64,000 nucleotides of DNA from an uncultured bacterium. Its GTDB lineage: Bacteria; Armatimonadota; Abditibacteriia; Abditibacteriales; Abditibacteriaceae. The notes beneath the pieces are model-generated. The model searched no databases. It was not told the origin of the DNA and saw nothing but the letters and a program-made list of their open reading frames with translations. Of this stretch, positions 9,963 to 20,614 are shown in pieces; positions within the stretch are counted from its first letter, which is position 1; every line of letters starts with the position of its first letter. Where the stretch lies: positions 744,001-808,000 of the forward strand of contig CAWJLW010000006.1 in NCBI GenBank assembly GCA_963843795.1, in the 5' to 3' direction. A program made the position numbers and the translations under genes.

Positions 9963-10388
9963 TCAGAATCCGCTTTGTTTCAGGCGCGCGATGGCTTGAA
10001 CTTGCTTGGAATCGGGCGATAGTTGCATCAATTCAATGCGGTTGCCTTCGGGATCGCGTGTCCACGCCTGCAAATTGCCGTCTTGGCCGGTTTTTATCGG
10101 CGCGTCAATCACTGCGCCGCGTGCGGTGATTTCTTCGACGGTCGCGGCGATGTCATCGACTTCCAAACACAAGTGCGAAAAGTGCATATCGTTTTCGGGT
10201 TTTTCACTGTTTTTGGGAAAAAGTTCGATAAAAACGCCATCATTGACGCGCAGATAAACGATCCACAATTCATCTTTGTCGTTGGCCAAGCGAAACATTT
10301 CGGGGAAATTGAAAACGCGCGTGTAAAAATCGAGCGTTTCGTCAAAGCGATAACAGTTGAAGGCCGCATGGCCGATTCCAGTAATCAT
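9963..10388 (-). CDS. VOC/glyoxalase family protein
   Basis: MITGIGHAAF, FIELF, HLCLEVDDI, RDPEGNRIELMQ. Confidence 0.88.
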   Translation of the reverse strand: MITGIGHAAFNCYRFDETLDFYTRVFNFPEMFRLANDKDELWIVYLRVNDGVFIELFPKNSEKPENDMHFSHLCLEVDDIAATVEEITARGAVIDAPIKTGQDGNLQAWTRDPEGNRIELMQLSPDSKQVQAIARLKQSGF

Positions 10389-10421
10389 GAACGTATTTTC
10401 CTTGTACAAGTACTTGCAGGG

Positions 10422-10658
10422 CTATTTTGTGTGCGCTGTGTTGGGATGAGCTGTGTGGCGAGCGTGCTCGATTTGCGCTTTCAAAGCGCCCTTTAGCACA
10501 TATTGCGCACCATTTTGCAGCGTGATTTGTGTGACGATGTGTTCTCCGCGTAAAAATAAACGTTCCGTGCGTTCTTCAGCGGATACAACTTCTTGTGGGT
10601 CGAATTCGATATGATTTTCGCCGTGGTAAAAGGTGTCGGAAAAAAGTGCGGCTTGCAT
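10422..10658 (-). CDS. Small hypothetical protein
   Basis: 78-aa ORF with an AGGAAG SD, co-oriented between ftsY and the VOC gene. Confidence 0.6.
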   Translation of the reverse strand: MQAALFSDTFYHGENHIEFDPQEVVSAEERTERLFLRGEHIVTQITLQNGAQYVLKGALKAQIEHARHTAHPNTAHTK

Positions 10659-10704
10659 TCGGTTCTCACTTCCTTTGCATTTTGTATTGCTATTTCAAAT
10701 TATT

Positions 10705-11637
10705 TTACGAACCAAATAAGGTGTTCGTCCATTCCACTGCATCGAAATCGCAAATATCGTCGATTTGTTCGCCGACGCCCAATTGTTTCACCGGCAAACC
10801 GGTTTCATGAGCAATAGTCAGCACGATGCCACCTTTGGCCGTTCCGTCCCATTTGGTCAAAATCAAACCGCTTAGCGGAGCCGAACCGGTGAAAGCGCGG
10901 GCTTGCGTGAGGCCGTTTTGGCCGGTCGAAGCATCGACAACGAGCAAGGTTTCTTCAGGCGGACGTCCGGTTTCGCGTTCGACGATGCGCGCGATTTTTG
11001 CTAACTCATTCATTAGATTCGATTTGGTGTGCAAACGGCCCGCGGTATCGATCATCACCAGATCGCAGCCGCGCGCTTTGGCGGCGCTAAGGCCATCGAA
11101 AACCACTGCGGCGGGATCGGCGCCCTGTTGTTGCGCGACAACTTCGCAACCGGTGCGCTTGCCCCATTCCTGCAATTGTTCGGTCGCGGCGGCGCGAAAA
11201 GTGTCGCCCGCGACCAGAAGAGGACGATGGCTTTTGCGCTTCATCTGCGCGGCCAGTTTGCCGATGGTGGTGGTTTTACCGACGCCATTGACGCCAACGA
11301 ACAGCCATACCGTGATTTGACCTTCGGGCGCGAAACGCAGGGCGGCGCTGTTGTGCTTCAGGGTCGGGGCCACAATCGTTGTGGTGTCATTTTTTCCGTC
11401 ATGACCGGTGACCTGACCGGCGCCATCGAAAATGGCCGCGACCTGATCGTGCAGAATTTGCTGCGCCTGGTCGTCGTCCGAGATGCGGCCACGGCGCACG
11501 GCTTCGCGCACACTATTCATGAGGTGTTCGGTTGTATCAAGCGAAACATCGCTCATTACCAGAGTTTCTTCCCATTCTTCCAGCAACGCTTCGTCTACGC
11601 GCCGCCCGCTGAGCTTGCCAAACAAACTTTTGAGCAT
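10705..11637 (-). CDS. ftsY: SRP receptor FtsY
   Basis: GVNGVGKTTTIGKLA, DTFRAAA, DTAGRLH, TKWDGTAKGG; start reassigned to MLKSLFGKL. Confidence 0.96.
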   Translation of the reverse strand: MLKSLFGKLSGRRVDEALLEEWEETLVMSDVSLDTTEHLMNSVREAVRRGRISDDDQAQQILHDQVAAIFDGAGQVTGHDGKNDTTTIVAPTLKHNSAALRFAPEGQITVWLFVGVNGVGKTTTIGKLAAQMKRKSHRPLLVAGDTFRAAATEQLQEWGKRTGCEVVAQQQGADPAAVVFDGLSAAKARGCDLVMIDTAGRLHTKSNLMNELAKIARIVERETGRPPEETLLVVDASTGQNGLTQARAFTGSAPLSGLILTKWDGTAKGGIVLTIAHETGLPVKQLGVGEQIDDICDFDAVEWTNTLFGS

Positions 11638-12017
11638 AATGTTATAGATTTGTCCTATGTTTACAAATACGATATTTGTGGAATCAAGTACAGGTGCGTG
11701 CAAATCGCAGGCATTTGAAAGGTCTTGCAGCAAGTACTTGCAGCAGCACAATCACCCTTTGCTTTTGTAACGGGAAAACAGTGTGGCAGTTCGTGACCAA
11801 CCTTGCAGCTATCGAGAGTTTAAAAAGCAGTGCGCACTGTCAATCGCGCTCAAAGAACCGTTTCGAGCGCTCATTTAGTGATGTTCTTCAAGCGCTGCAG
11901 CCATCTGCCATTTTGGGCGTGCAAAAATTGTTGTCGTGTATTAATTGCACGTTGGCAGAACTGTCCGGCTCTGCGAACCGACCGTCGGTTTGCCGAAATG
12001 CGATTTCGTAATTTTTT

Positions 12018-15000
12018 ATGTCCAATTCGTTTTCCTCTTCGACACCCGAAAGCGCGCCGACAGTGGCGGACGATTCGTCGTCCGCACAGCGCGCTGGGGC
12101 GCCGCGTGTGTCGAGCTGGTTGACAACAGGCAACTGTGCGCTGGTTTTGACCGTAACTCTGGCTGCTGCCGCGCTTTTTCGCTGGCAGCTTGGTGGTGCC
12201 AGTTTCGCTTATACGGCGAGTGGCGCTTTGCAACTGCTGGCCGCGCTGGGTGGCACGCTCGCTTGTATGGTCGCGTTGCGGCGCATCGTCGTGGCGCGTT
12301 CGCGCGGAGCCGATATCGACTGGCGTGATGTGTGGTCGTGGGGTTTGTTAGCCGCTTCGTTGTTGTGTTTTGCCTGCGCGCACGCTTTGTCAATTGGCGA
12401 ATGGTTTCCTAATGGAGCCAAACGCGGCATTTGGCCACAGAATCTGGCCGCTCTAGATGTCTCGCTTTTGTGGATTTTGCAGTATCCGTTGTTATGGCTG
12501 GGCTTGTTACTTTTCGCATGGCCCGACGACGTGTTGAGTTCGCGCGCCCGCGAACTCAACCTCGCGACAACCATCTCGATAACCAACGAGAGCACCAGTG
12601 GCCAAACTCAGCTCACGCGCGTCGTAGCCGACCGTTTGATTGTCGTGCTGGCCGTTTTGGTGGTGTTTTGGAAAATGCTGCTGGAGCAGCCACTTTTCGC
12701 TTCGTTTGAAGCGTTTCCCTTCGCCCAAAAATCGCTCGCTTTTTGCTTTCCCCTCGGTATTGCGGGACATCTGTTTTGCGGTCTGATGCTGTTAACCGCA
12801 CCGCGCCGCCGCCTGAGTTCGCGCACGCTGACGATTTTGTTGATTGCCCTGGGGCTGCTCGCCGTTACCGATACGATTTACGCGGTTGTCGTCGCACAAA
12901 CTTTTTACGCGCCGGGTGCCGTCGTCGATGCCGGCTGGATTGGTGCTTGGCTCCTGTTTGGCGTCGCTGCGCTCGATAGTTCCGCTCAGGTCTGGAAACG
13001 TCGCTTCACCAATTCCGCAAATGGCTCGGTGAAATCGGGAAGGAGCAGCGTAGAAAGCCTAGATGATAAGAAAACTATTGTAGAAGGTGCTGTGGAAGCC
13101 AATGGTTTGGCTTTGGCTACAAAAAAATCTCGCAGCCTTGGCGAGCGGCGCAATACAACAGCGTGGCTACCTTATATTGCTTCGCTGCTGGCGTGCTGCG
13201 TGCTGTTGGTGAGCGAAAATTTTCGTTCTACCGAACTGAGCCACGTTTTACCCGTTGTCGGATTGGTAATGGCTGTTCTGGTGCGCCAGATGCTTTCGCT
13301 TTCAGATAACCTGGCGTTGGCTGGTCGCCTGACTCATCTCAATACCGATTTGGAGCGCAATGTCGCCGACCGCACGCGCCATCTAACTTCACTGCACAGC
13401 GTCGCTTCGTCGCTTAACTCTTCGCTCGACGAACACGCGATTTTGCGCGCGACTCTGGAAGGTTTGATGCCCGCCATCCACGCCGAGCACGGCGGTATTT
13501 GGCTGCGTCCGGTCGCACAGGCTGCACCGCGCAGCCGCCGCATTCATACCAAATCTGAAAATTCAAACAAAACGCGCACCAAAAGCCGACGCGATAAAGC
13601 TAGTGACAGTGAGAATAAAGAATTCGATGATATTCTCGATTGTGATGATGGCTGGGTCACGGAATGTTCTTCTTCTCTAATGGAAAACGAAGAACTGTGC
13701 CGTGCGCTACGACGCCATGCCATTGTGCAGTCGCTTTCTGGGCCCGCAGCGTACCGCGATAAAGCCGCGCCGCTGCCAGCTAATGCCAGCAGCTTGGTCG
13801 CTTCGATTCGCTGGCAGGGCGTTTTGCTGGGTGTGATCGCTTTGATAAGTGAGAACGGTGAATTTTCTGCTGCCGACCGCGCATTAGTCGATAGTGTTGC
13901 CGTCGAGGCGGGCGCTGCTTTGCAAAATGCGCGCTTGTATCAGGAAGCCAGTCGGCGCGCCGACCGCGATTCCGTGACTGAACTACTCAATCATCGCGCT
14001 GTGCAGCAAGAATTGCACACCATCGTGTTGCAAGCGCGTCAACATTCCGAGTCGTTTGCGGTTGTGATGATGGATTTGAACAACTTCAAATTCTTCAACG
14101 ACACTTACGGTCATCTCACCGGCGACGAGGTGCTGCGCGCTGTGGCGCAAACTTTAAGTGCGGCGTGCCGCGATTCGGATGTCGTCGGGCGTTATGGGGG
14201 AGATGAATTTATCGCCATTTTGCCCGCGACCGATCTGGCGGGCGCTCGCGAAGTGTGCGAGCACATTGTGGACGAATTGGATCGTCATCATTTCGAAGCC
14301 GCGCCCGATTCGCACATTCCCATCGCTATGAGCTTTGGTGTCGCCATTTACCCTGCTGATGGTGAAACGCCACTTGAATTAACTAATCGCGCTGACGCGA
14401 ATTTATATCAAAACAAGCGCAGTGGGAGTAGCGGCGCGCTTCCGCTAATCTTTAGTGGCCGCAGCCTGTCATCGCAGCGTGCCGAGCTTTCTGGTCAAGC
14501 TTTCGGTGTGTTGGATGCGCTGGTGACAGCGATTAACAACAAAGATCATTACACGCGCCAACACAGCGAAGAAGTAGCCCAATTGGCGTTGTTCGTGGCT
14601 GAAGAACTGGGTTATTCGAGCGAAATGCAGCGCGCGGTGCGCATGGCGGCGATGCTACACGATGTTGGCAAAATCGCCGTACCAGATTCGATTCTGCGCC
14701 ATCCGGGGCGTTTGGGCGAAGACGAAGCGGCCATTATGCGTCAGCATCCGGTCTTCGGTGCTCTTATCGTGCGCGATATCGCTCATCAGGACGTAGTGAT
14801 TGGCGGTGTGCGCCATCACCACGAGCGCTACGATGGACAAGGTTATCCCGATGGTTTGCGCGGCGATGCCATTCCATGGATGGGGCGCTTGCTGGCTGTC
14901 GCCGATGTGTATTCTGCCCTCACGACAGATCGTCCTTATCGCAAAGCCTTGTCGCCCGAAGCTGCACTTTACGAAATTGAAAGTGGCGCATTGACCCAAT

Positions 15001-15236
15001 TCGACCCGCGCTTTGCCTCGGCGCTGGTGCGCGTGATGCGACGCGAGTTGCATCGCGTATCGCATCATCATCCGCATCCCAACATTCCGCGCGTGGCCGC
15101 GCGACCCACACTGCGCATGGCTCAACAGACTGCGAACAAGGCCGATGCACGCACAGAATCTCCCAAAATCCAAGCCGATAAAATCCACAACCAATCATTG
15201 CACTCCGATTTGCCCGAACGCGCTACGGGCCGGTGA
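12018..15236 (+). CDS. Membrane-bound GAF-GGDEF-HD-GYP c-di-GMP signalling protein
   Basis: N-terminal multi-TM region; RDSD..RYGGDEF; HSEEV..HDVGKI..HHERYDGQGYPDGL. Confidence 0.92.
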   Translation: MSNSFSSSTPESAPTVADDSSSAQRAGAPRVSSWLTTGNCALVLTVTLAAAALFRWQLGGASFAYTASGALQLLAALGGTLACMVALRRIVVARSRGADIDWRDVWSWGLLAASLLCFACAHALSIGEWFPNGAKRGIWPQNLAALDVSLLWILQYPLLWLGLLLFAWPDDVLSSRARELNLATTISITNESTSGQTQLTRVVADRLIVVLAVLVVFWKMLLEQPLFASFEAFPFAQKSLAFCFPLGIAGHLFCGLMLLTAPRRRLSSRTLTILLIALGLLAVTDTIYAVVVAQTFYAPGAVVDAGWIGAWLLFGVAALDSSAQVWKRRFTNSANGSVKSGRSSVESLDDKKTIVEGAVEANGLALATKKSRSLGERRNTTAWLPYIASLLACCVLLVSENFRSTELSHVLPVVGLVMAVLVRQMLSLSDNLALAGRLTHLNTDLERNVADRTRHLTSLHSVASSLNSSLDEHAILRATLEGLMPAIHAEHGGIWLRPVAQAAPRSRRIHTKSENSNKTRTKSRRDKASDSENKEFDDILDCDDGWVTECSSSLMENEELCRALRRHAIVQSLSGPAAYRDKAAPLPANASSLVASIRWQGVLLGVIALISENGEFSAADRALVDSVAVEAGAALQNARLYQEASRRADRDSVTELLNHRAVQQELHTIVLQARQHSESFAVVMMDLNNFKFFNDTYGHLTGDEVLRAVAQTLSAACRDSDVVGRYGGDEFIAILPATDLAGAREVCEHIVDELDRHHFEAAPDSHIPIAMSFGVAIYPADGETPLELTNRADANLYQNKRSGSSGALPLIFSGRSLSSQRAELSGQAFGVLDALVTAINNKDHYTRQHSEEVAQLALFVAEELGYSSEMQRAVRMAAMLHDVGKIAVPDSILRHPGRLGEDEAAIMRQHPVFGALIVRDIAHQDVVIGGVRHHHERYDGQGYPDGLRGDAIPWMGRLLAVADVYSALTTDRPYRKALSPEAALYEIESGALTQFDPRFASALVRVMRRELHRVSHHHPHPNIPRVAARPTLRMAQQTANKADARTESPKIQADKIHNQSLHSDLPERATGR

Positions 15237-15239
15237 CGC

Positions 15240-15285
15240 ACAAACGCCCTGCAAGTACTTGCGCAAGTACTTGCAGGGCGTTTGT
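15240..15285. terminator. 46-bp perfect palindrome containing two tandem GCAAGTACTTGC, between convergent genes
   Basis: ACAAACGCCCTGCAAGTACTTGC|GCAAGTACTTGCAGGGCGTTTGT just after the stop at 15236. The terminator role is inferred. Confidence 0.65.
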
Positions 15286-15536
15286 AGTGAATGAAGCGCG
15301 CCAGTGAATCAATTGCAGCTCAGTGGCGACCATTTCTGTGGCGAGTGTTTCTGTGGCGGCCTCTTATCAATCGACGATCAGGCCACCGAGTTTCGCCCAA
15401 GCCTCGAAATCAACGCCTTTGGTCGTGGTTCGTGAAACCGTCGCGCCATTTACTTCCGTCTCGTCCAAAATTGCCTCGCGCAAATCCGCTCCACGCAGAT
15501 TCGGTTTAATTTGGAGAACTCATGAGGACCAAAGGT

Positions 15537-16256
15537 TTAACGCGCGAGATGCAGACCACACTCGCGTTTTTCGGTTCCTGCCCAGCGTCCGGCGCGTTCG
15601 TCGTCGCCCGCTTTGACGGCACGGGTGCAGGGCCAGCAGCCAATCGACGGGAAACCTTGCGCGTGCAGCGGGTTGGTCGGCACGTCATTTTCGCGCACAT
15701 AATTCCACACATCATCGTGTGTCCAGTTGGCCAATGGATTGATTTTAATCAATGGATAGCGCGCGTCGGGGCCGATGATGGGTTGAGCAGCGCGTTCGGG
15801 AGTTTGGTCGCGGCGAATCGAACTAATCCACGCGTCGAAGCCTTCAATCGCACCAGCCAATGGCACGACTTTGCGGATATTGCAGCATTGATTGGGATCG
15901 CTGTTGTAAATCGGGCCGCCGAAGCGCGCTTCCATTTCTTTTACGGTTTCGGTTGCGCTGACAAAGCGAACCTGTAAATCGTAGCGTTTTTGCAAGCGCT
16001 CGCGCAAAGCCAGAGTTTGTGGAAATTGATAGCCAGTTTCGAGATTGAACAAATCTGGCATAATGCCGGTTTCGTCGCGGATTTCAGCCAGCATCGCCAG
16101 CAAGCAGCAACCTTCTGCGCCGAAGGCGGTCGCCATAGTTAATTTTTCGCCGTATTGATTTACCGCCCAACGCAGAATTTCCTGCGGCGTGGCCGTTTCT
16201 AATTTCTGGCTCATACGCGCCAACTCTGCACCCGATAATTCTACTTTCGCTGTCAT
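15537..16256 (-). CDS. cysH: APS/PAPS reductase
   Basis: QCCNIRKV, SIGCWPCT (Fe-S cysteines of the APS reductase type), ERAGRW, C-terminal ECGLH. Confidence 0.93.
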   Translation of the reverse strand: MTAKVELSGAELARMSQKLETATPQEILRWAVNQYGEKLTMATAFGAEGCCLLAMLAEIRDETGIMPDLFNLETGYQFPQTLALRERLQKRYDLQVRFVSATETVKEMEARFGGPIYNSDPNQCCNIRKVVPLAGAIEGFDAWISSIRRDQTPERAAQPIIGPDARYPLIKINPLANWTHDDVWNYVRENDVPTNPLHAQGFPSIGCWPCTRAVKAGDDERAGRWAGTEKRECGLHLAR

Positions 16257-16347
16257 GTTCTCGCTCCTGTTTGCAAATTCTACCACGAAGGTAGGAATTG
16301 CCGGTTGCGCAAAAATTTATTTTCTGTTTCACGCAGGGGCGCAGAAA

Positions 16348-17292
16348 TTAAATGTTGGGTGTCGGTGCGGGGCGGGCGGTGAGCATCGACATATAAAAAC
16401 CCAGAGAAGGGCGGAACGTTTCGATGGCGAAGTAGGGCGCGACTTCTTGGCGCAGTTCTTCGGGCGTGAAGCGGAAAAACGGGATGCCACCGTCGTGTTC
16501 GCCTTCTTTTTCAAAACGTTTGGTAAAACGATAATAGCTGTAAGCCGAAAGTAATAACGCGCCATCGGGTTTGAGCACGCGGCGCGCGTGCGCGAGAAAT
16601 TGCTCGCGTAGGGCGCGCGAGGGGATGTGTTCGTAAACGCCAACATGAGCCACAGCACTCACGGTATCAGTCTTTAGGGGCAAATGTGTGAGATCGGTGT
16701 GAATATAATGCACGGTGCCGCGCGTGCGACCGGCGCAATGGACTCGGTTGCGTTCGATGGAATCTCGCGACATATCGGCGGCGATCACTTCATCACTGAG
16801 TTCGGCGAACAAGGGCGTGAAATGTCCGGTGCCACATCCTGCTTCCAGCAGCGGCGTGCGCGCCAAATTGTCGGCCAGAGATTTTTTGAGGGCGTTGCGA
16901 TAAGCGGGCTTTTCAAACGCATTCAAAATTTGCAGCGCGAAAATGCGGTCGTATTGTTCCGATTGTTCATCGCGCGCGCGACGTTCGCGGTCGATGCGCT
17001 CGAAATCGGTGCCCGTATGGTTGGTGTCTTTCTCGTCTAAACGGCAACCCACTTTTTTGAGTTGTGATTCAAAGCGCGCGGCGAAAGCCCTATCTCGTGC
17101 GGCTTCGTTACCCACGCGCAGGGCGTCGATAAATAGTGAAGGCAGGGCATCGTGAATCGGATACCAGCGTCCGCTTTCGGGTTGCAGCAACACGCCCTCG
17201 CGCACGCGTTCGTCGCGCGCCTGGAAAATGTGCAATTGCAGCGGCTGAGAGTCGTTGGGGTCGCAAAGAAAATCGTGAAGGCGAATGTCCAT
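16348..17292 (-). CDS. Class I SAM-dependent methyltransferase with a Trm112-like N-terminus
   Basis: LCDP...EGVLL...RWYPIHDALP at the N-terminus; LLEAGCGTGHF motif I. Confidence 0.8.
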   Translation of the reverse strand: MDIRLHDFLCDPNDSQPLQLHIFQARDERVREGVLLQPESGRWYPIHDALPSLFIDALRVGNEAARDRAFAARFESQLKKVGCRLDEKDTNHTGTDFERIDRERRARDEQSEQYDRIFALQILNAFEKPAYRNALKKSLADNLARTPLLEAGCGTGHFTPLFAELSDEVIAADMSRDSIERNRVHCAGRTRGTVHYIHTDLTHLPLKTDTVSAVAHVGVYEHIPSRALREQFLAHARRVLKPDGALLLSAYSYYRFTKRFEKEGEHDGGIPFFRFTPEELRQEVAPYFAIETFRPSLGFYMSMLTARPAPTPNI

Positions 17293-17498
17293 AAAACAAT
17301 GAGGAAACAGTGATGAATGAGGGCAGATAAACTGTGGCGCAGCTACTTGGCAAGTACCCGCAGCGCATAGCGCGCCTCAGAGCATAACGCATCGCTAAGG
17401 ATTTTGCAGCGTTTTTGTGTCAAAATTCTTTGTTGTGCGAACCCAGAAGCTCCTGCAAGTACTTGCAGGGTCTTAAACGTCGGAAAAGGAGACAGACA

Positions 17499-18173
17499 AT
17501 GAGTTTATTAGACAACATGCGCCAAACGTTGAACGATGTGGCTGGAAATGTGGTCGAGCAGGGCAGACAAATTACGGCACAAACACAGTTGCAAGTCGCG
17601 GTCAAGAAAATGCAGCTCGAACGCGCGCGCCGCATTCATGAACTGGGCAAGCAAACTTTCGATTGGTACCGCAATGGCCAACTGGTCGTGAGTGGCCAGG
17701 TGCCCGCCGATGTCGCCGATTTATGTCACCAGCTTGAAGATTTAGAGCGTGAACTCGCCGACGCACAGCGTGAACTCGACGCCCTCGCCGAATCGGCCAC
17801 GCCTCACACAGACACGCCGCATGTCGATGTCACCGTCACGCCTGATCCCAGTCAAAATCAACCTTTCACAGCACAGGGCGCACCACCGCAACCACCACAA
17901 ACTCCGCAACCGCCTTACACGCCCCAAGCGCCTTATGCTCCGCCTCCGCAAACCGGACAGCCGCCTTATCCGCAACCGCCCGCTTCATCTGACCCGCATG
18001 GCACGGCGGTTTTGCCCAATCATTCGCAGCCACAGCCACCGTATAACGCGCCCTATGGAGCGCCTCCAACCGCGCCTTATGGTTACAATCCGCCACCAAA
18101 TGATAGTGATGAGAAAAAAGATGGGCCACCAAATTCGTATCCAGGTTTGGGCCCGCGTCCGCCCGCATCGTGA
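17499..18173 (+). CDS. Hypothetical protein, coiled-coil N-terminus and Pro/Gln/Tyr-rich tail
   Basis: AGGAGA SD before the ATG at 17499; low-complexity PQ/PY tail. Confidence 0.75.
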   Translation: MSLLDNMRQTLNDVAGNVVEQGRQITAQTQLQVAVKKMQLERARRIHELGKQTFDWYRNGQLVVSGQVPADVADLCHQLEDLERELADAQRELDALAESATPHTDTPHVDVTVTPDPSQNQPFTAQGAPPQPPQTPQPPYTPQAPYAPPPQTGQPPYPQPPASSDPHGTAVLPNHSQPQPPYNAPYGAPPTAPYGYNPPPNDSDEKKDGPPNSYPGLGPRPPAS

Positions 18174-18315
18174 AACCAATTGTAAAGCCATTATTGAGCG
18201 AGGTCATTGGTGGACAGCGTGCGCACCTGAGTGTGATGACGCGTAATCAATCTGTGTGATAATGGTTGTGCGATAATGGTCTGAGGTCGTTGAATTTGTC
18301 GAAGGGGAAGTCGTT

Positions 18316-20595
18316 TTGAATACGTTTTTTGCGCCGCGTTTTCGGCTGGGTTGGATGTTGTTTGCGATTGGTGTTATCAGTTCGCTGGGGGCTTTCGTGG
18401 CGCGCTGGAATTACGAGAACTCGTTGCAAAACGTGCAACTCACCGTCGATTACGATGACACGCGTACGCTGGCCGACGCTTATCAAATTTCGCACGGCGA
18501 GTTACTGAAGCAACTGAAGAAAATCGGCATCACGAGCGTTGGCATTTACAATCAAACTCTGGGCACGCTCAGTGCGCGCGGTCGGCTTTCGGTGATTCCA
18601 CGCGAACAGGCCGAAGCCAGCTATCCCGATGCGCCGTGGAGTCAGTTTCCGCCCGCTTATCGTTATCTTGTGGTGGCTGCGGCTAAAGATCGCGAGCTAT
18701 TCGCTCAGGTCAAAACCCATCTCAGCGATCAGGCTCAAGCGACTTTGCCTTCGCGTCCCATCGACTTGACTAAAGCCACACCCGGCAAGCCGACTTTGCC
18801 CGGCATCATGATTTCGTCGTCCGAGCAACTGCGTGGCGATGCGCAACTTGGTTTCGATCCCGCCGCACTTAAAGCAATTCAAAAAGTTGGTTTGGTGCCG
18901 ACAGCGCGCGTTTCCAACGCGCTCAGTCTCAATGCCGCTCGTTTGCGCACACTTCTAGACGAATGCAAAGCGACCGGTGCGCGCGTGGTGATTTTTTCAG
19001 AAGACGAGGTTTTGGGCTACGATACCTTATTGCCTCTGGCTTCCAAAGAAATGCGGGCGCGTGGTTTGTTGTTCGGCAATGTCGAGTTCACTAAACAACG
19101 CGGTTGGGAAGAGTTCGCCACGCGCAGCGAAGGTCAGGTTGTGCGCGTCCATTCGGTTTCGCAAGACGAAGCGGCCAAAGTTAAAACGCATTTACTGGTT
19201 GATCGTTATGCGCGCGCCATTAAAGAGCGCGATGTGCGCGTGGCCTATATTCGCCTGATTCGCCAGTATAAAGGCGAGATCGACCCCGAAACGGGCAAGA
19301 CTCTCACGCCATTGCAGCAGAATTTGAATTTTGTGGCGAGCGTGTCGCGCGATGTGAAAACTTCGCCCGCGCCATTTTTGCGCCCGCCGCTGCGTTTGAC
19401 CGAAGCTCGCGGTTTCGGCAATTACCCGATTGCCAATTCCGGCGTTGTGCTGCGTCGTTTGCAATTATTCGCAGCAGGATTGGGCGCGTTGGGTTTGTCG
19501 TGGCTTTTGCTGAACTTGTTTTTCGATTTATCGGTACAAAGCAAAACTTTCGTTTTATTTATGGGGCTCATTGTGTGCGGCTCATTGGCTATGTCGGATG
19601 GAATCGGCGCCAAATTAATCGGCCTGTGGGCTGGCGTATGCGCGGCACCGGTAGCGATCTTGTGGGGTGGCCTAACGCCACTGTGGTCGCGCATCGATGA
19701 AACGCCGCTACCCAATGGTTATGGCGGCTACGAAGAAGTGCATGTGCCCACAGGCAAAGCGTTCTGGCAAGGTTGTCGCGTGCTGGCCGTCACGACTTTT
19801 ATTACATTGTGCGGTGGCTTACTGATTGTCGCGGCCTTCAACCATTGGCGTTATCTTTCGCACAGCGACGAGTTTCTGGGCGAGAAAGCCACGCTGCTGT
19901 TTCCTCCGTTGCTGATTGCGCTGGCGTTCAGCGGGCGCGTGTTTCCCGAGCGAGTTATCGTGAGTGGTTCGATGCAGGCGCGTCGTTTGGCGACCGAACG
20001 TTTCCAGAACTTTTTATCCGAAGCCTTTACTTTTCGCGTGGCAGTTGTCGGATTGGTCTTAGCGGTTCTGGCGTATTTGTTCGTGGCGCGAGCGGGCAAC
20101 GATTCGGGCATGGAGATTTCCACGTTGGAATGGAATTTTCGTGCGGCAATGGAGCAAATTTTCTTAACGCGCCCGCGCACCAAAGAAATGTTCTTCGGCA
20201 TGCCCGCAATGATTTTTGCGGTTTATTTCGCGCTCAAAAAACAACCGCTGCCCGCATTGGGAGCAACGGTCGCGGTCGCGGTCGGGCAGGCCGATGTTTT
20301 GAACACGATGTGTCACTTCTGGACGCCGCTGTTTTACTCGCTGCTGCGCACCTTCCACGCCGTGTGGCTGGGAGCTTTGTTGGGTGGTCTGGCGTTGTGG
20401 GCGTGGGTTTATTTTGAGCGTACATTTTTCGGACGCATGCGCCCCGTCAAACTTAACCCCAAACCCGCGCCTGCTACAGGTGCAATAAGCGCCGAAAGCA
20501 ATCCGGTGTTTGCTGGCGCGATTTACGAAAGTGGCAATGGAACTGAAAAACCAGTTGCCCAAAAGCGTGGCGTTGAGCCGCGTGCAAGACGATAA
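18316..20595 (+). CDS. DUF5693-like membrane protein
   Basis: 759-aa ORF; RAIKERDVR, RAGN and RPRTKE motifs; C-terminal TM bundle. Family assignment is from recall. Confidence 0.7.
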   Translation: MNTFFAPRFRLGWMLFAIGVISSLGAFVARWNYENSLQNVQLTVDYDDTRTLADAYQISHGELLKQLKKIGITSVGIYNQTLGTLSARGRLSVIPREQAEASYPDAPWSQFPPAYRYLVVAAAKDRELFAQVKTHLSDQAQATLPSRPIDLTKATPGKPTLPGIMISSSEQLRGDAQLGFDPAALKAIQKVGLVPTARVSNALSLNAARLRTLLDECKATGARVVIFSEDEVLGYDTLLPLASKEMRARGLLFGNVEFTKQRGWEEFATRSEGQVVRVHSVSQDEAAKVKTHLLVDRYARAIKERDVRVAYIRLIRQYKGEIDPETGKTLTPLQQNLNFVASVSRDVKTSPAPFLRPPLRLTEARGFGNYPIANSGVVLRRLQLFAAGLGALGLSWLLLNLFFDLSVQSKTFVLFMGLIVCGSLAMSDGIGAKLIGLWAGVCAAPVAILWGGLTPLWSRIDETPLPNGYGGYEEVHVPTGKAFWQGCRVLAVTTFITLCGGLLIVAAFNHWRYLSHSDEFLGEKATLLFPPLLIALAFSGRVFPERVIVSGSMQARRLATERFQNFLSEAFTFRVAVVGLVLAVLAYLFVARAGNDSGMEISTLEWNFRAAMEQIFLTRPRTKEMFFGMPAMIFAVYFALKKQPLPALGATVAVAVGQADVLNTMCHFWTPLFYSLLRTFHAVWLGALLGGLALWAWVYFERTFFGRMRPVKLNPKPAPATGAISAESNPVFAGAIYESGNGTEKPVAQKRGVEPRARR

Positions 20596-20614
20596 AAATT
20601 CCTCAAAGGTCTCC

